A stretch of DNA of 32,465 bases from Octopus sinensis (Eukaryota), in assembly GCF_006345805.1 (NCBI RefSeq), contig NW_021829630.1, positions 1 through 32,465 of the forward strand, written 5' to 3'. A program made the position numbers and the translations under genes. Below, piece by piece: positions 12,133-24,457 of the stretch (position 1 is the first letter of the stretch; the number at the start of each line of letters is the position of its first letter). The notes under the pieces were generated by a model. It was not told where the DNA came from, did no database searches, and worked only from the letters and a program-made list of their open reading frames with translations.

Positions 12133-12340
12133 TTCTTTATTCTTTTAATCTTTTTGCAGTTTCAGTTATTGGACTGCGGGAATAGTAGGCTCCCGCCTTA
12201 AAGGCTTTAGTCGAACAAGTCGACCCCAATACTTGTTTTTACAGTCTGGTACATATTCCATCGTTCTTTATTATCGCACCAATACCTTACGGGGACATAA
12301 ACAAACCAGCACCAGTTGGCAAGAGGCAGTGATGGTCAAG
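12133..12340 (-). mobile_element. SINE family A, diverged 3' half
   Basis: tttcagttattggactgcgg...gtcgaccccaatactt...ttacggggacataaacaaaccagcacc matches the family A tail. Confidence 0.75.
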
Positions 12341-12419
12341 GAGAAAGTGACGGGCAGTGAGACTGAAATCAGAACAATGCAGTTGGAACTCAAAGTTTTT
12401 ATTACACAACCATACTTTA

Positions 12420-12428
12420 TATGTATAT

Positions 12429-12463
<35 letters not shown>

Positions 12464-12560
12464 GTATGTATGTATGTATGTATGTATGTATGTATGTATG
12501 TATGTATGTATGTATGTATGTATGTATGCATGTATGTATGTATGTGTATGTATGTATGTA

Positions 12561-12593
<33 letters not shown>

Positions 12594-12700
12594 ATGTATG
12601 TATGTATGTATGTATGTATGCATGCATGCATGTATGTATGTATGTATGTATGTATGTATGTATGTATGTTGGCATGCATGTATGTACATATGCATGCATG
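12420..12700. repeat. (TATG)n microsatellite
   Basis: Seen directly. Confidence 0.98.
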
Positions 12701-13671
12701 TCGTGTCGCTCTTAGAGCTATTGATAAAATATAACGCATTACAACCTGTCACATAGACGGGCTCTCGGCGATTGAACCGGCCATACTATTAAACCTGTTT
12801 CGTTGGCCACCTTGCAGGAGGAAAAAATCAACTCTGCCAAAAGGCGGATAACCTCAGTAGAGTCAACGCCTATCTAAAAATTGGGAGCGAGAGACTACCT
12901 AGCCCATAAAAGAAAAACATGATATAAGAATAGCGACTTCTTGTAAATATAATGTGGTAGACAACTTCTTCTTTGGGAGCAAATGCATACATTTTTTAGA
13001 AAGTGAAACTAGCCCCTCTTTGCAAGGCTTTTCCTCACTGTAAAAAGCTTCGGACATATGCCACTGTAAAAAGCTTCAGAGTGACAGAAGTCTTTATAGG
13101 ATGTGCATTGAAACTTATTTAGTATTTGGTGAAATTCGTAGAGTTACTCTTTAAACCGGACTGGTATGAAATTTTATATTATTTAACTCTGGAAAGGGAC
13201 TTGAAGCATTATTATAAATAATTAAATAGCTATGTATCGTTAAATCATTAAACCGTTGCAGCAATGAGAAAGTAATTGTAAATAATGATCATAAAATTTA
13301 AGAGATAAAAAACAAAAAAATTTCACTCAAGCTATTTATTAATTGTTTTGTTTTATTTTTTATGTTTCTGATTACTTTCAATGAATGTTAAAATAGATAC
13401 ATTGTACAACCTTAATGTTTCGTACTTCTGATGAATGCCAAAGTTTTGCCAAATGCAAATTGTCAGCTTTTGGAGGCTCAGGATTTCGAAAGGAAATATG
13501 AATTTATTACATCGCTAGCCTTCTTCTCAGTTATGTTTTAATGCTACTTTAGGTTATACATACATGTGAATATTTAAAACTTATAGAGAGAGAAAATTTA
13601 CTCTCCTATCTTGTACTTGATGTGTTTAAGCAAATTCATATATATATATATATATATAGGTAGATAGATAG

Positions 13672-13799
13672 ATAAGAAGCGTGCTTCTCAACCACATGGT
13701 CAAGGGTTCACTCCCACTGTGTGACATATTGGGTGTCTTCTACTATCACCTCGGCCAACCAGTGCCTTGTGAGTAGACGGAAAAATAAAGAAGACCGTC

Positions 13800-13845
<46 letters not shown>

Positions 13846-14086
13846 AAAGGGCTTAGTAAAATAAATTACTTTGCCACATACTGAACTCATTAGAAATAGT
13901 AGCTAAAAAAACTTTTTTAAAACTATTTCTAATACTTAAAGAAAATCTCTCTCATATAGTGTTTGCTCAATTCAACTCACGAAAGTATGGGGGTAAGACA
14001 TTAAAAAATCAAATGCAAAGGTTATTTGAGAACGTACGTTTCAAGATGCTCTCTATATAATTCATCTCTCTTGAAATTATAAATTG

Positions 14087-14165
<79 letters not shown>

Positions 14166-14390
14166 AGTGTGTGTATGTGTGTTTGCGCGTGTGTATCTGT
14201 GTCTGTCCTCCCATCATCACCCAACAGCGATGTTGATGTGTTTACGACCCCTTAACCTAGCGGTTCGGCACAAGGGACCAATTGAATAAGTTCTAGGCTT
14301 ATGAAGAATAAGTCTGGGGTCGATTTGTTCGACTAAATGCGGTACTTCAGCATGGCCACAATCAAATGACTGAAACAAGTAAAAAAAAAA
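13672..14390 (+). mobile_element. SINE family A split by a ~250-bp insert (about 13840-14090) in its internal (TA)n tract
   Basis: The 5' half (13672-13803) and 3' half (14165-14390) are collinear with 2615-2996, with unrelated sequence between two (TA)n runs. Confidence 0.85.
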
Positions 14391-14447
14391 ATATATATAT
14401 AATTATATGAAGTAACGAGAAGATGTATTTATCATTCAACTTCATTC

Positions 14448-14539
14448 TGTACAACTTTCGTTTCGACCCATCCTGCTATTGTCCTTTATGTGTTGGACCC
14501 TGTTGCATAGATTTTGCTGTCTGCGTTTCATCAGGTACA
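14448..14539 (-). ncRNA. Type-I minimal hammerhead-ribozyme-like motif with decayed stem II
   Basis: Minus strand: TGTAC-CTGATGA-[63 nt]-GAA-AC-GAAA-GT-T-GTACA. Stem I is a perfect 5 bp, the core is intact and the site is GUU. The stem II base AACGCA/TGGGTC pairs at only 4 of 6 positions. Confidence 0.5.
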
Positions 14540-14744
14540 CCCACTGATAATGTTTTGTCTCACGAAAGATCTTCTCGATACTTAATATAATTACCCCAAC
14601 TGATATTGCGGAGTTCTTGACGTAGATCCACCGGGAATATACCACGACTGCAGATGATAACAGGTAGCCTAAACTGTGCCAGTGCTCTATTCAACACTTA
14701 AAGACGCTAACTCACTTATGCCTATTAGTCCAAAATATTATTAT

Positions 14745-15045
<301 letters not shown>

Positions 15046-15354
15046 CTCTAAGGTCATTACAAGTGTGCACGTACGCCGCTATATGCATATATAAATATTT
15101 AAAAAAATGGAAGAAAAACGCAATAGAGGACAATAAAATATTCGGACAGATAAAAAGGTGGACAGGATAAACAACAATTAGAAGGATAGGAGGGAAAATA
15201 GCCGGGTCATTCGTGGCTTTCTTTCTTCAGTCAAGTTACCAGATGTCCTTACTGTTTCGGGCAGTTATACTTGAGACAGTTCGATCTGGCTGCTCCTACA
15301 AAAGTCTAAGCTAAGAGCATTAGATTTTTTGTAAGAAAGCTAGCGAATGTGTAC

Positions 15355-15836
<482 letters not shown>

Positions 15837-16370
15837 TAATTTTCTTTATAGTTTGTCATTGTTTTATTAATTGTACTTATGAATCACAGAGAATGCATCA
15901 AAGCTTCCGTATAAAACAGTAAAAAAGTTTTAAAGCAGCCGATCGGAGTAAATAATCTATCGATGTAGACTTTTCGTGTCATCGTTTAACACCATACTCA
16001 TCGCTATTATCATTGTCAGTGTGTGTCATTGTTAGTAGTCGTTACAGTTGTTGTTGTTGTTGCTGCTACTTCGTAATTTCAGCTCGCATAATAGACGAAT
16101 GAAGTGACATTTCAGCCGCGGGTTATATATTTACTTGTGTTATTATTCCATTTCGCTTCTACACTTCGTCATAGAGTGATGTAACTGCATTCACAAAAGG
16201 AGCACACATACACACGCACGCATGCATGCATGCACGCACGCACGTATGTGTATTTGTATCCGTATTTGTAAATGTATTTGTATTTGTATATGTGTATAAG
16301 TATACATCTACAAACATATGCAAACATATTTGAATATGTGCATACAGTTCTATATAAAACGATCGATACA

Positions 16371-16772
16371 TCTTTATATATAAAAGTGAAGTTGTGTGTC
16401 TGTCTCCTACGATTTAGATTCCTAACTACTCCCACATTTTGTGGTGCAGTTTAACCAAAACCGGGTATCTTATAGTCGTGATTAATATCGAGCCCTTCTG
16501 GGTATTAGCGCGCGTCTACGATGAGTCTACGATTTTAAAAAAATTTACCATCATTTTTTTCCATTTTAATGCATTTTTTCGCTATTATATAAGGGAAGTA
16601 ACTCTCTAAAAATGTCTACGATGAGTCAACGATTTAAAAAAAAATTTACCATCATTTTTTTCCCATTTTTTAAGCGATTTTTTGCTATTTTTTTGCTATA
16701 ACTCTCTAAAAATGCTTATCTTATATAGTTATTTCCCTTACAAACCCGAGCAACGCCGGGCGATACTGCTAG
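16371..16772 (+). mobile_element. Non-autonomous Helitron, 402 bp, both termini intact
   Basis: Starts A|TCTTTATATATAAAA and ends CTAG|T. A GC hairpin CCCGAGC-AAC-GCCGGG (16745-16760) lies 8 nt before CTAG. An internal ~100-bp tandem duplication starts at 16514 and 16614. Confidence 0.88.
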
Positions 16773-17218
16773 TATTTCATAAATCTTATGTAGAATCATA
16801 TGGACACCTTTAAAATACGGATATGCAATTCCACATGCAGTTGGAACGGAGTTGCTGAGACGTAGATATGGGTATCTACGCAAATATACTTACGTTGCGA
16901 CGCTTCTTTGTCATCATTGTACATAGCCTACGACTGTATCTTTTCCGTCTTTTCTTCACCCTCTCTCCATCCCCTCTCTCGCTTTCTCTTTCTCTATTTC
17001 TTTCTCTCTCTCTCTGTGTGTAGAAAAATATATATGTGCGTGTATATATATGCATATGTTTGAATGTGTATACACAAACTCACATTTACGCAGAAATGGC
17101 TATATCACGACACATACATGCATACGCAAGCATATCCAGCACACATGTGAGCTTTGGCTACTAAGCATGTTTCTGGATATAGAGAGCTAAGACAGAAAGA
17201 AAGACAAACAGACTGTTT

Positions 17219-17266
<48 letters not shown>

Positions 17267-17375
17267 GGAATGGTCATATTGCCAGTTTAGCCAATAAAAA
17301 CACACACGCACTATATATTTGGTGTTATTTTGCTTCAGTGATATTTATTTCTTACATTAATCTTAATCTTATTTC

Positions 17376-17420
17376 GGCCAAAGTTCTTTCGTCACACTCC
17401 TGTGACCGCATCAGTGGTCC
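17376..17420 (-). ncRNA. Minimal type-I hammerhead-like motif, copy 1 (variant core)
   Basis: GGACCA-CTGATG(C)G-GTCAC-aggagt-GTGAC-GAA-AG-aa-CT-T-TGGCC. Stem II is a perfect 5 bp, position 9 is C rather than A, and the site is CUU. Confidence 0.5.
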
Positions 17421-17539
17421 TTTGTTTTCTTCTCACTTACTTGTGTCTCTCCTTACTAACCGTCAGCCATTTTGTATTTCTATTGTATGTCTTCATTTGC
17501 GCATGCTTATATCTCTATATGCACAACAAATATTTAAAC

Positions 17540-17579
<40 letters not shown>

Positions 17580-17690
17580 TTTAGGAATGGTCATATTGCC
17601 AGTTTAGCCAATAAAAACACACGCACTATATATTTGGTGTTATTTTGCTTCAGTGATATTTATTTCTTACATTAATCTTAATCTTATTTC

Positions 17691-17735
17691 GGCCAAAGTT
17701 CTTTCGTCACACTCCTGTGACCGCATCAGTGGTCC
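17691..17735 (-). ncRNA. Minimal type-I hammerhead-like motif, copy 2 (identical to copy 1)
   Basis: Same sequence, 315 nt away. Confidence 0.5.
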
Positions 17736-17816
17736 TTTGTTTTCTTCTCACTTACTTGTGTCTCTCCTTACTAACCGTCAGCCATTTTGTATTTCTATTG
17801 TATGTCTTCATTTGCG

Positions 17817-17854
17817 CATGCTTATATCTCTATATGCACAACAAATATTTAAAC

Positions 17855-17904
<50 letters not shown>

Positions 17905-17941
17905 GTTTAAATATTTGTTGTGCATATAGAGATATAAGCAT

Positions 17942-17942
<1 letters not shown>
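17817..17942. repeat. 126-bp palindrome: perfect 39-bp inverted arms around a (TA)n spacer
   Basis: 17817-17855 is the exact reverse complement of 17904-17942. Confidence 0.95.
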
Positions 17943-17972
<30 letters not shown>

Positions 17973-17990
17973 ACATGTGCGTGTGTGTGT

Positions 17991-18303
17991 GGATGCGCAA
18001 TGGCCCAGTGGTTAGGGCAGCGGACTCGCGGTCGTAGGATAGTGGTTTCGATTCCCAGACCGGGCGTTGTGAGTGTTTATTGAGCTAAAACACCTAAAGC
18101 TCCACGAGGCTCCGGCAGGGGGTGGTGGCGATCCCTGCTGTACTCTTTCGCCACAACTTTCTCCCACTCTTTCTTCTGTTGGCATGCTCGCTTAGCCATC
18201 GAAGGGGGGGACGTCATTTGAAGGCTAAAACAATGCGGAGCGCATTGTGACCAGCGATATGTAGCAACATCTGATAGCCTAGTCGGTCACGGTGATCACG
18301 CTG
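17991..18303 (+). mobile_element. tRNA-derived SINE family D, apparently full length
   Basis: A box TGGCCCAGTGG and B box GGTTTCGATTCCC, followed by ~230 bp of non-tRNA body ending GGTCACGGTGATCACG. No acceptor stem, so it is not a tRNA gene. Confidence 0.85.
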
Positions 18304-19540
18304 ATATATAATATATAATTTATATATATGTATATATATATGTGTGTGTGTACATACAGAGAGCGAGAGAGAGAGAGCGAGAGAGAGAGAAAGAATGAGA
18401 GAGAGAGAGAGAACGAGAGAGAGAGGGAGTGAGAGAGAAGACTATAAACATAGATGGACGTATAAACGGAATTGAAGAATATAAATATTTCCTTAATAAA
18501 TACATTCTGAACACATTCTTGAAGGTTCTGCAATACTTGACTTGTACTGATAAATTATGGAAAGTATTTTAGAGAAGATCCGATTTCTAGTAGAATTTTT
18601 GTCCTGACAATAGAATTGAATTGTAGTGGCGTGGGTGAAGTTTTGAACTCTACTACTTAGATTTGATTTTGTTCTTCTTCAACACTGCTTTCATAATTTC
18701 ATTGCTAAGTGCTGCCCACAAAGCAATTATAGTATACTGGTTCATATTTACTAAGTACAAATCTGATTCTAAATTGAGTTAGCCTATTAAGAATTTGTGA
18801 CAACATCTTTATGGTTTACATAATATTGGACTAGAGTTGTAATTACATCTACTGATACAGGGATTAAGAAATCTAAAATTATAAGTATATTTGAACCTTT
18901 TAAACATTAATCATTTCCCTAAAGAACTTTAAGAACGTAAATAAAGCATTTGTAATCGAAAATCGGAGCTACATCATGATCCAGTTTATATGTCTTTATA
19001 TCATTCTTCAACTTGTAGGTACTCTTATTTTACAAGTGGTTCAATTGAAACGATTTCGAAAAAGAATTCTTGATTTTGACACGTCTAAAATAGTAAGAAT
19101 GTGATTTAAATTATGTTTTAGTTAGTTGCACAGTTTGAGTTTTACAAGAAAATAAAGAAAATTAAATTTGTGACATACATTCACAAGTCACAATCATTAG
19201 AAGATCGCTTCTACTCAGAGAATTCGAACTGAAAACAAATATTATCAGTTGATAAAATAAAATGCTGGTGTCTGCAAGAAGTTATAAAAATTTGAGCTGG
19301 TTACGAAAACTGCACCAATTCTTAACTCTGACAAAGTTCCATTAAAAGCAAAATATTTGACACACGCAGCTATATTTTCAAAAAATATAGGGTATTTGTA
19401 CCAATTCGAAGAGAGGTTTCTTTTGAAATTAATCAGATTTATAACTAGAGATTGCAAAAATATAAAATGAAGATTTAATTAAAAGTCATTTTAAATTTAC
19501 CATTACTCGGCTGTGGAAATTAATCTTGTATATCTATGTG

Positions 19541-19572
<32 letters not shown>

Positions 19573-19787
19573 GTGCATGCGAGAAGAGACGTATAACAGA
19601 AAGAAAGATAAAAAGAGAGGTTAAAACCAGAATTTTATACGCAAAATTGGAACAGCTAATGATATTGCAAAGAAAAGTAGGTGAAACATCTCAAAATATC
19701 TAAGAGTTCGAGTCGAAGAAATTAAAATCAAACGGATTCTGTTTCACATAATGCATACAGACGTATACACACATGCACACAAATATT

Positions 19788-19820
<33 letters not shown>

Positions 19821-19929
19821 GTGTGTGTATGTGAGTGTGTGAGTGTGTGTGTGTTTGTATGTATATATATCGCATATGCATTTGTAAGTGTATATATATA
19901 TATATACCGGAATTTTACAATATTATTTC

Positions 19930-22057
19930 ATTGACTAAGTTTGAACAACGGATTGAGCAATACCGGCCAAACAAATTGTTTAGAACCGACCCCAAAAGAT
20001 TTTATCAAGAGATTAATGATGATAAAAAAACGTGAAAGATTAATCCCTGATGCTGATGAAAGTCGACTTGTCTGGGGTAAAGTATGAAGTAAGGAAGAAA
20101 AGCATAATACTACAGCTGAACGGCTCTGCAGCCTGAAGCAAACAGCATTTTATGCCCAGCGAATTTGGATAAAAAGTTCAGTAGTTGCCATAAATTCATC
20201 GCAGAGCAATTTAATGCATTGATCAATGGAGAAGTACAAATCTCGGGCTTATGATATGATTCCGCATTCGTGGACCATCGAGTGCTTAGATCTCTTTGGA
20301 ACTGTGAGAAATGTAACGTGTTTCCTGAAGAGAAGTATGGTGGGATGGTAAACTAAACTGACATCTTACGGAAAATGTTTGGGTACCCTGGGTATCAGAA
20401 GAGGGATTTTCCAGGGTTATACCCTATCTTTGCTGCTTTTCTTTCTCTGCATGATACTTATGACCTTTGTACTCAGGAAAATGAACCTGGGGTACCAACT
20501 AAAACAAAAATCCCAGGCAATCAACCACCTCCTCTTCATATGTGATTTGAGACTGTATGGCAAAGATGAGACACAAGTGAGTTCCCTGGTGAACACGGTC
20601 CACTATTTTAGTACTGATATTAGAATGGAATTTGAACTTAAGAAGTGCGAAATAATCTATCTAAAAAGCGGCAACGTACAGTCCTTAGCAGTGATAGAAT
20701 TACTGAAGAGAGACTTGATTAAGCAAATTGAAACGGAAGGATACAAATACCTTGGCATAGTAGAGTACAACGAGATAATGGAAAAGGAAATGAAAGAGCA
20801 ACTGAAGATGGAGTATTTCAGAAGACTGGCGTTGATATTGAGCTCAAAATTGACTGGATGGAATAAAATCCAAGTGGATAATACCATCACCTCGGTATAG
20901 AGCGGGAATTATAATATGGCAAAATGGATACCAAGACCGGAAAAATGCTGACAGTACACGGAGCCTTCCACCCTAAGAGTGACATCGATAGGCTGTACTC
21001 ATCCATAAGATAGGGCGGGAGAGGTTTGATCAGTTGCCAGGACTGTATCGAGGCAGAAGAAAGCAACCTAGTGTAGTATGTAAAGCATGCCGTTGAGCCA
21101 CTGTTGAAACACACGAAGATCGGCGTCATCAAAACTGAAAATTGTGTAACGAAAGAAAAATTTAAACAAGAAATGAACAATAAAAGAAAACAAAGAAAAA
21201 GCATGGAAGGAAAATATGTACGGTCAATTTGCAAGAGATGTGAAAGCTAAGACTGATACAGAGGATCAGTGGCTTTGGATGATGAGGAGTGACCTGAAAA
21301 TAAACAGAGGCACTCATATGTGCAGCTCAGGAACAAGCGCTAAGGACCAATTATATGAAGTGCAGAACTGACAACACTACCGATAGTGACAAATGCAGAA
21401 TGTGTGGTGAGAGGGGTGTAACGGTTTGGCACATCGTTAGCGAATGCCCGAAATTGGCATAACGCGAATACAAACGACGCTATGACAATGTGACAAGAAT
21501 GATCCGTCGGGGGCTCTGTGGAAATCATGGCCTACAAAAAGCAAAGACGTGGTATGAGAAAACCCCAGAAGGAGTCACTGAAAATGAGAACTCCAAAATC
21601 CTGCAGGATTGATCTAGTGCAGTAATGATCTAGTGCGTTTACCTGCCTAGACGTAGGAAACAGGACATTTTTATGGTGAATAAAAAAGAAAGAACGTGTA
21701 TGATAATCGACATAGCATGCCCTGGTGACTACAGGACCAATGTGAAAGAAGAAACAGTATACAACTATGAAGATTTGAAGTGGGAAGTACGAAGGTTGTG
21801 GTCAATGAAGAGAGTGAAAGAGATACCAAAGTAATTGATGCACTTAGAAGTATCAGTACTCAACTAACAACATGGCTGAAAAAGATTGGTGCAAGTGTGA
21901 AGGTAGAATACCTATAAAAATCAACATTGCTTGGGACTGCAAGAATTCTTCGCAGAGTTCTTGAAGCATGACCAGTAAACAAGTGTTACCTTAGTCTGCT
22001 GGCTGTGGACAGCTGATACTTTCCATCATACCCAGCAATATAAGCTGTGTTTTTTTC

Positions 22058-22062
<5 letters not shown>
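19930..22062 (+). mobile_element. 5'-truncated, internally deleted R4/Dong-clade non-LTR retrotransposon (RT, CCHC finger, restriction-like endonuclease), pseudogenised
   Basis: Translations across frameshifts: EQYRPNKLFRTDPKRFYQEI; AYDMIPHSW; RRGIFQGYTLSLLLF; NHLLFICDLRLY; GYKYLGIVE; CRMCGERGVTVWHIVSECPKL; IIDIACPGD; TLLGTARILRRVLEA*. A short 3' UTR and a (TAA)n tail follow. Confidence 0.92.
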
Positions 22063-22110
<48 letters not shown>

Positions 22111-22130
22111 TGATGATGATGATGATGATA
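22062..22130. repeat. (TAA)n-(TGA)n tail or target of the R4/Dong element
   Basis: Seen directly. Confidence 0.95.
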
Positions 22131-23091
22131 TCTACCACACATTGACTAATTACTTATTACTAGCCTTTGTACCTATCTGAGAGGGATGTAAAGCAAATTT
22201 GACGCCGATAGTGTTTGAACACAGAGCGTAAAGACACTTAACTAAATACTGCAATGTCTGATAACAATAACAGTAATATTAGCCTTCACCCCAAACAATA
22301 ATAATATTGATAATATTTAAAATAACGGTGATAGTAATGATGGTTGAACATTATGTATCTGAATGAAAAATCATTGGGAGAATCCAAATCATCAAGAGTT
22401 CAAACTCTTCGTATAATCTTCAATAGTATATAATGTGGTTGAAATAACGTAACGCAACATTATTGTCTACAATTCACGTTTTCCTTTGTCAGCATATAGG
22501 ACTAATTGAGTTTCTGAGATTACAATCAGGTAGAGATTGTTGAAACGATTTCAGCATCATGGGCGGAAATGTTGCTTAATTAATTTGAGACCTCCCAGAG
22601 ACATTATAATTGATTAGTAAATTCAATGTTTCATAGATTTAAAAACAAAAGAAGTAATTAACAGATATCTTTGAGCCTTGAATTAAATCCATTTTAAGGT
22701 CATAAGGATATTTTTCATATGGAATTTCTAATAATACTACATATAATTTAGAGATTTAAATTTCTTTCTTCAAAGAACTGTATCGACAATCGTAGTCTTT
22801 GTCTTTTCTATGTTGCCGCCAATGGCATCAGGTGAAGAATAAGCGTTTAATTTGGAAAATTAGTTGTTTTTTCTTTTGATAACGGCAATTACTATTACTG
22901 TAACTTACAGAAATTGAAGTAAATGGTTGGGTGTGCGTAATAAATAACAAAAGGTATTTTTTTTAATCATTCATAGTAGCGTCGAGATCGTAATAATATT
23001 CAGACGAGGAATGGTGTAGGAAGTTTTATTATAGCAACAAGTCATTAAGAGAAATCCAAATAAATCGTGTACGCTAGTGAAAGCATTAACA

Positions 23092-23136
23092 TTAAGCGTC
23101 TCCTGCTTAAGCGTCCCCTGCTTAAGCGTCCCCTGC
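23092..23136. repeat. 15-bp tandem repeat TTAAGCGTCCCCTGC x3
   Basis: Three adjacent copies, with one substitution in copy 1. Confidence 0.95.
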
Positions 23137-24257
23137 TAAATCTCTATTTCATGTCTATTTACAGAAAATATTATGACAACTTGGAAATGAATATTTCTTA
23201 AAAATCAGTCACAAGATACGATCACTTGATCGGTCATTATTTAATACTAATAATAATTCAACAGGACTGAAAGTATGAAATTATCAGTTAACCAAATGCG
23301 TTTCTAATTTCCATATTCCATGCTTTTAAAAATATCTTTAATAATAACATCAAACAATGCGGTTTCAAAACCATATTTTCTAATACTAAATTATAGAAAC
23401 TATAAGAATATGGACATATTTTCGTTTGAGTTTTGCAAAGAATTCTCCTTAATTCTGTTAAATACTCATAGCTTCTGTTAGTAAAATAATATTGTATTAC
23501 TTTTTGGAATTATGAGGCATTAGTATATAGATGTGATTGAGCCTATAGCAGTTTATGAAATATGTTTAAAGAATATCAAATTTAACTGTTTAATTCTGGC
23601 ATTGCTAATATCAATGGATAAGAGATAAAAATTATGTAGAGTCACGTCTGTGATATGGCTTCGATTACTTCATGAAACAAAATTAATTTGCTTATGTTAT
23701 GGAAGTTTTTAAAATATACGAACATTACAGTATCTCATACTGTATTGTTTAAATTTTATAGCAATATAAACAGAGAAGTTGCCGTATTAAAACATCGGTT
23801 GAGCATTAGACAAAAGTTCATTATTGCATGCAATTACTCTGTTCATGTGCTAAGTTCAGATCCCACAAATGCTGACGACAGTTGGCGATGTAATAATCTT
23901 TTGTGTGTTGTCAAAAATTTATGTGGAATGACTAATTTCGAATAACTGGTATTAAGATTCAGATTACGATAAGGTACATAACATAATGACTTCTCCCTAT
24001 AGACGATGTGTGTAAACAACACACTTGCTTTAAGTGGAATCAGTAGACTATCGGACACTGGTGTATCAGCGTCGATGCGCCTTCTTAGTTATGAAAATAA
24101 CACCGTCATTTCGAGCTTGACATAAGCAACTGTTTTTGTCAATAGAAATTAGCCAACAACATATTTGACGATGTATGCTAAGGCCTATCAAGTTCATATT
24201 AAATTATTACGAGTACATAGAACAGTAAGAATCAAAACAATAATATATATATATAGT

Positions 24258-24290
<33 letters not shown>

Positions 24291-24415
24291 TGAGAAAGAG
24301 AGAGACTGACAGACAGACAAAGAGAGGGTGGAGAGGGTGGGAGAAAGGGAGATGATGTAGGCGTGCATGCACCTGTGTGTGTGCGTGCATGAGTGTGTGT
24401 ATATGTACAACACAC

Positions 24416-24457
<42 letters not shown>

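Larger units (their letters stand above)
17263..17855 (-). mobile_element. Tandem pair of ~277-bp units separated by (TA)n, each with a hammerhead-like motif (Penelope terminal repeat or retrozyme-like)
   Basis: 17263-17540 and 17580-17855 are identical apart from one CA dinucleotide and are flanked by (TA)n. The classification is inferred from the motif and architecture. Confidence 0.6.

Noticed and set aside
12745-13080. Possible RTE-LINE 5' remnant, and a 16-bp direct repeat CACTGTAAAAAGCTTC x2
   Set aside because: The similarity is too vague to call by eye. Two repeats with a 10-bp spacer are a local duplication, not CRISPR-like.
15160-15320. Scattered hammerhead-like pieces on the minus strand (CTGCCC-GAAACAGTA; CTGAAGA)
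   Set aside because: The pieces cannot be assembled into a type I, II or III fold with paired stems.
17991-18075. tRNA gene
   Set aside because: A and B boxes are present but there is no acceptor stem, and the sequence continues into a SINE body.
18976-19104. 42-aa hydrophobic-then-basic ORF MIQFICLYIILQLVG...
   Set aside because: Such short hydrophobic ORFs are expected by chance in AT-rich DNA, and there is no supporting evidence.
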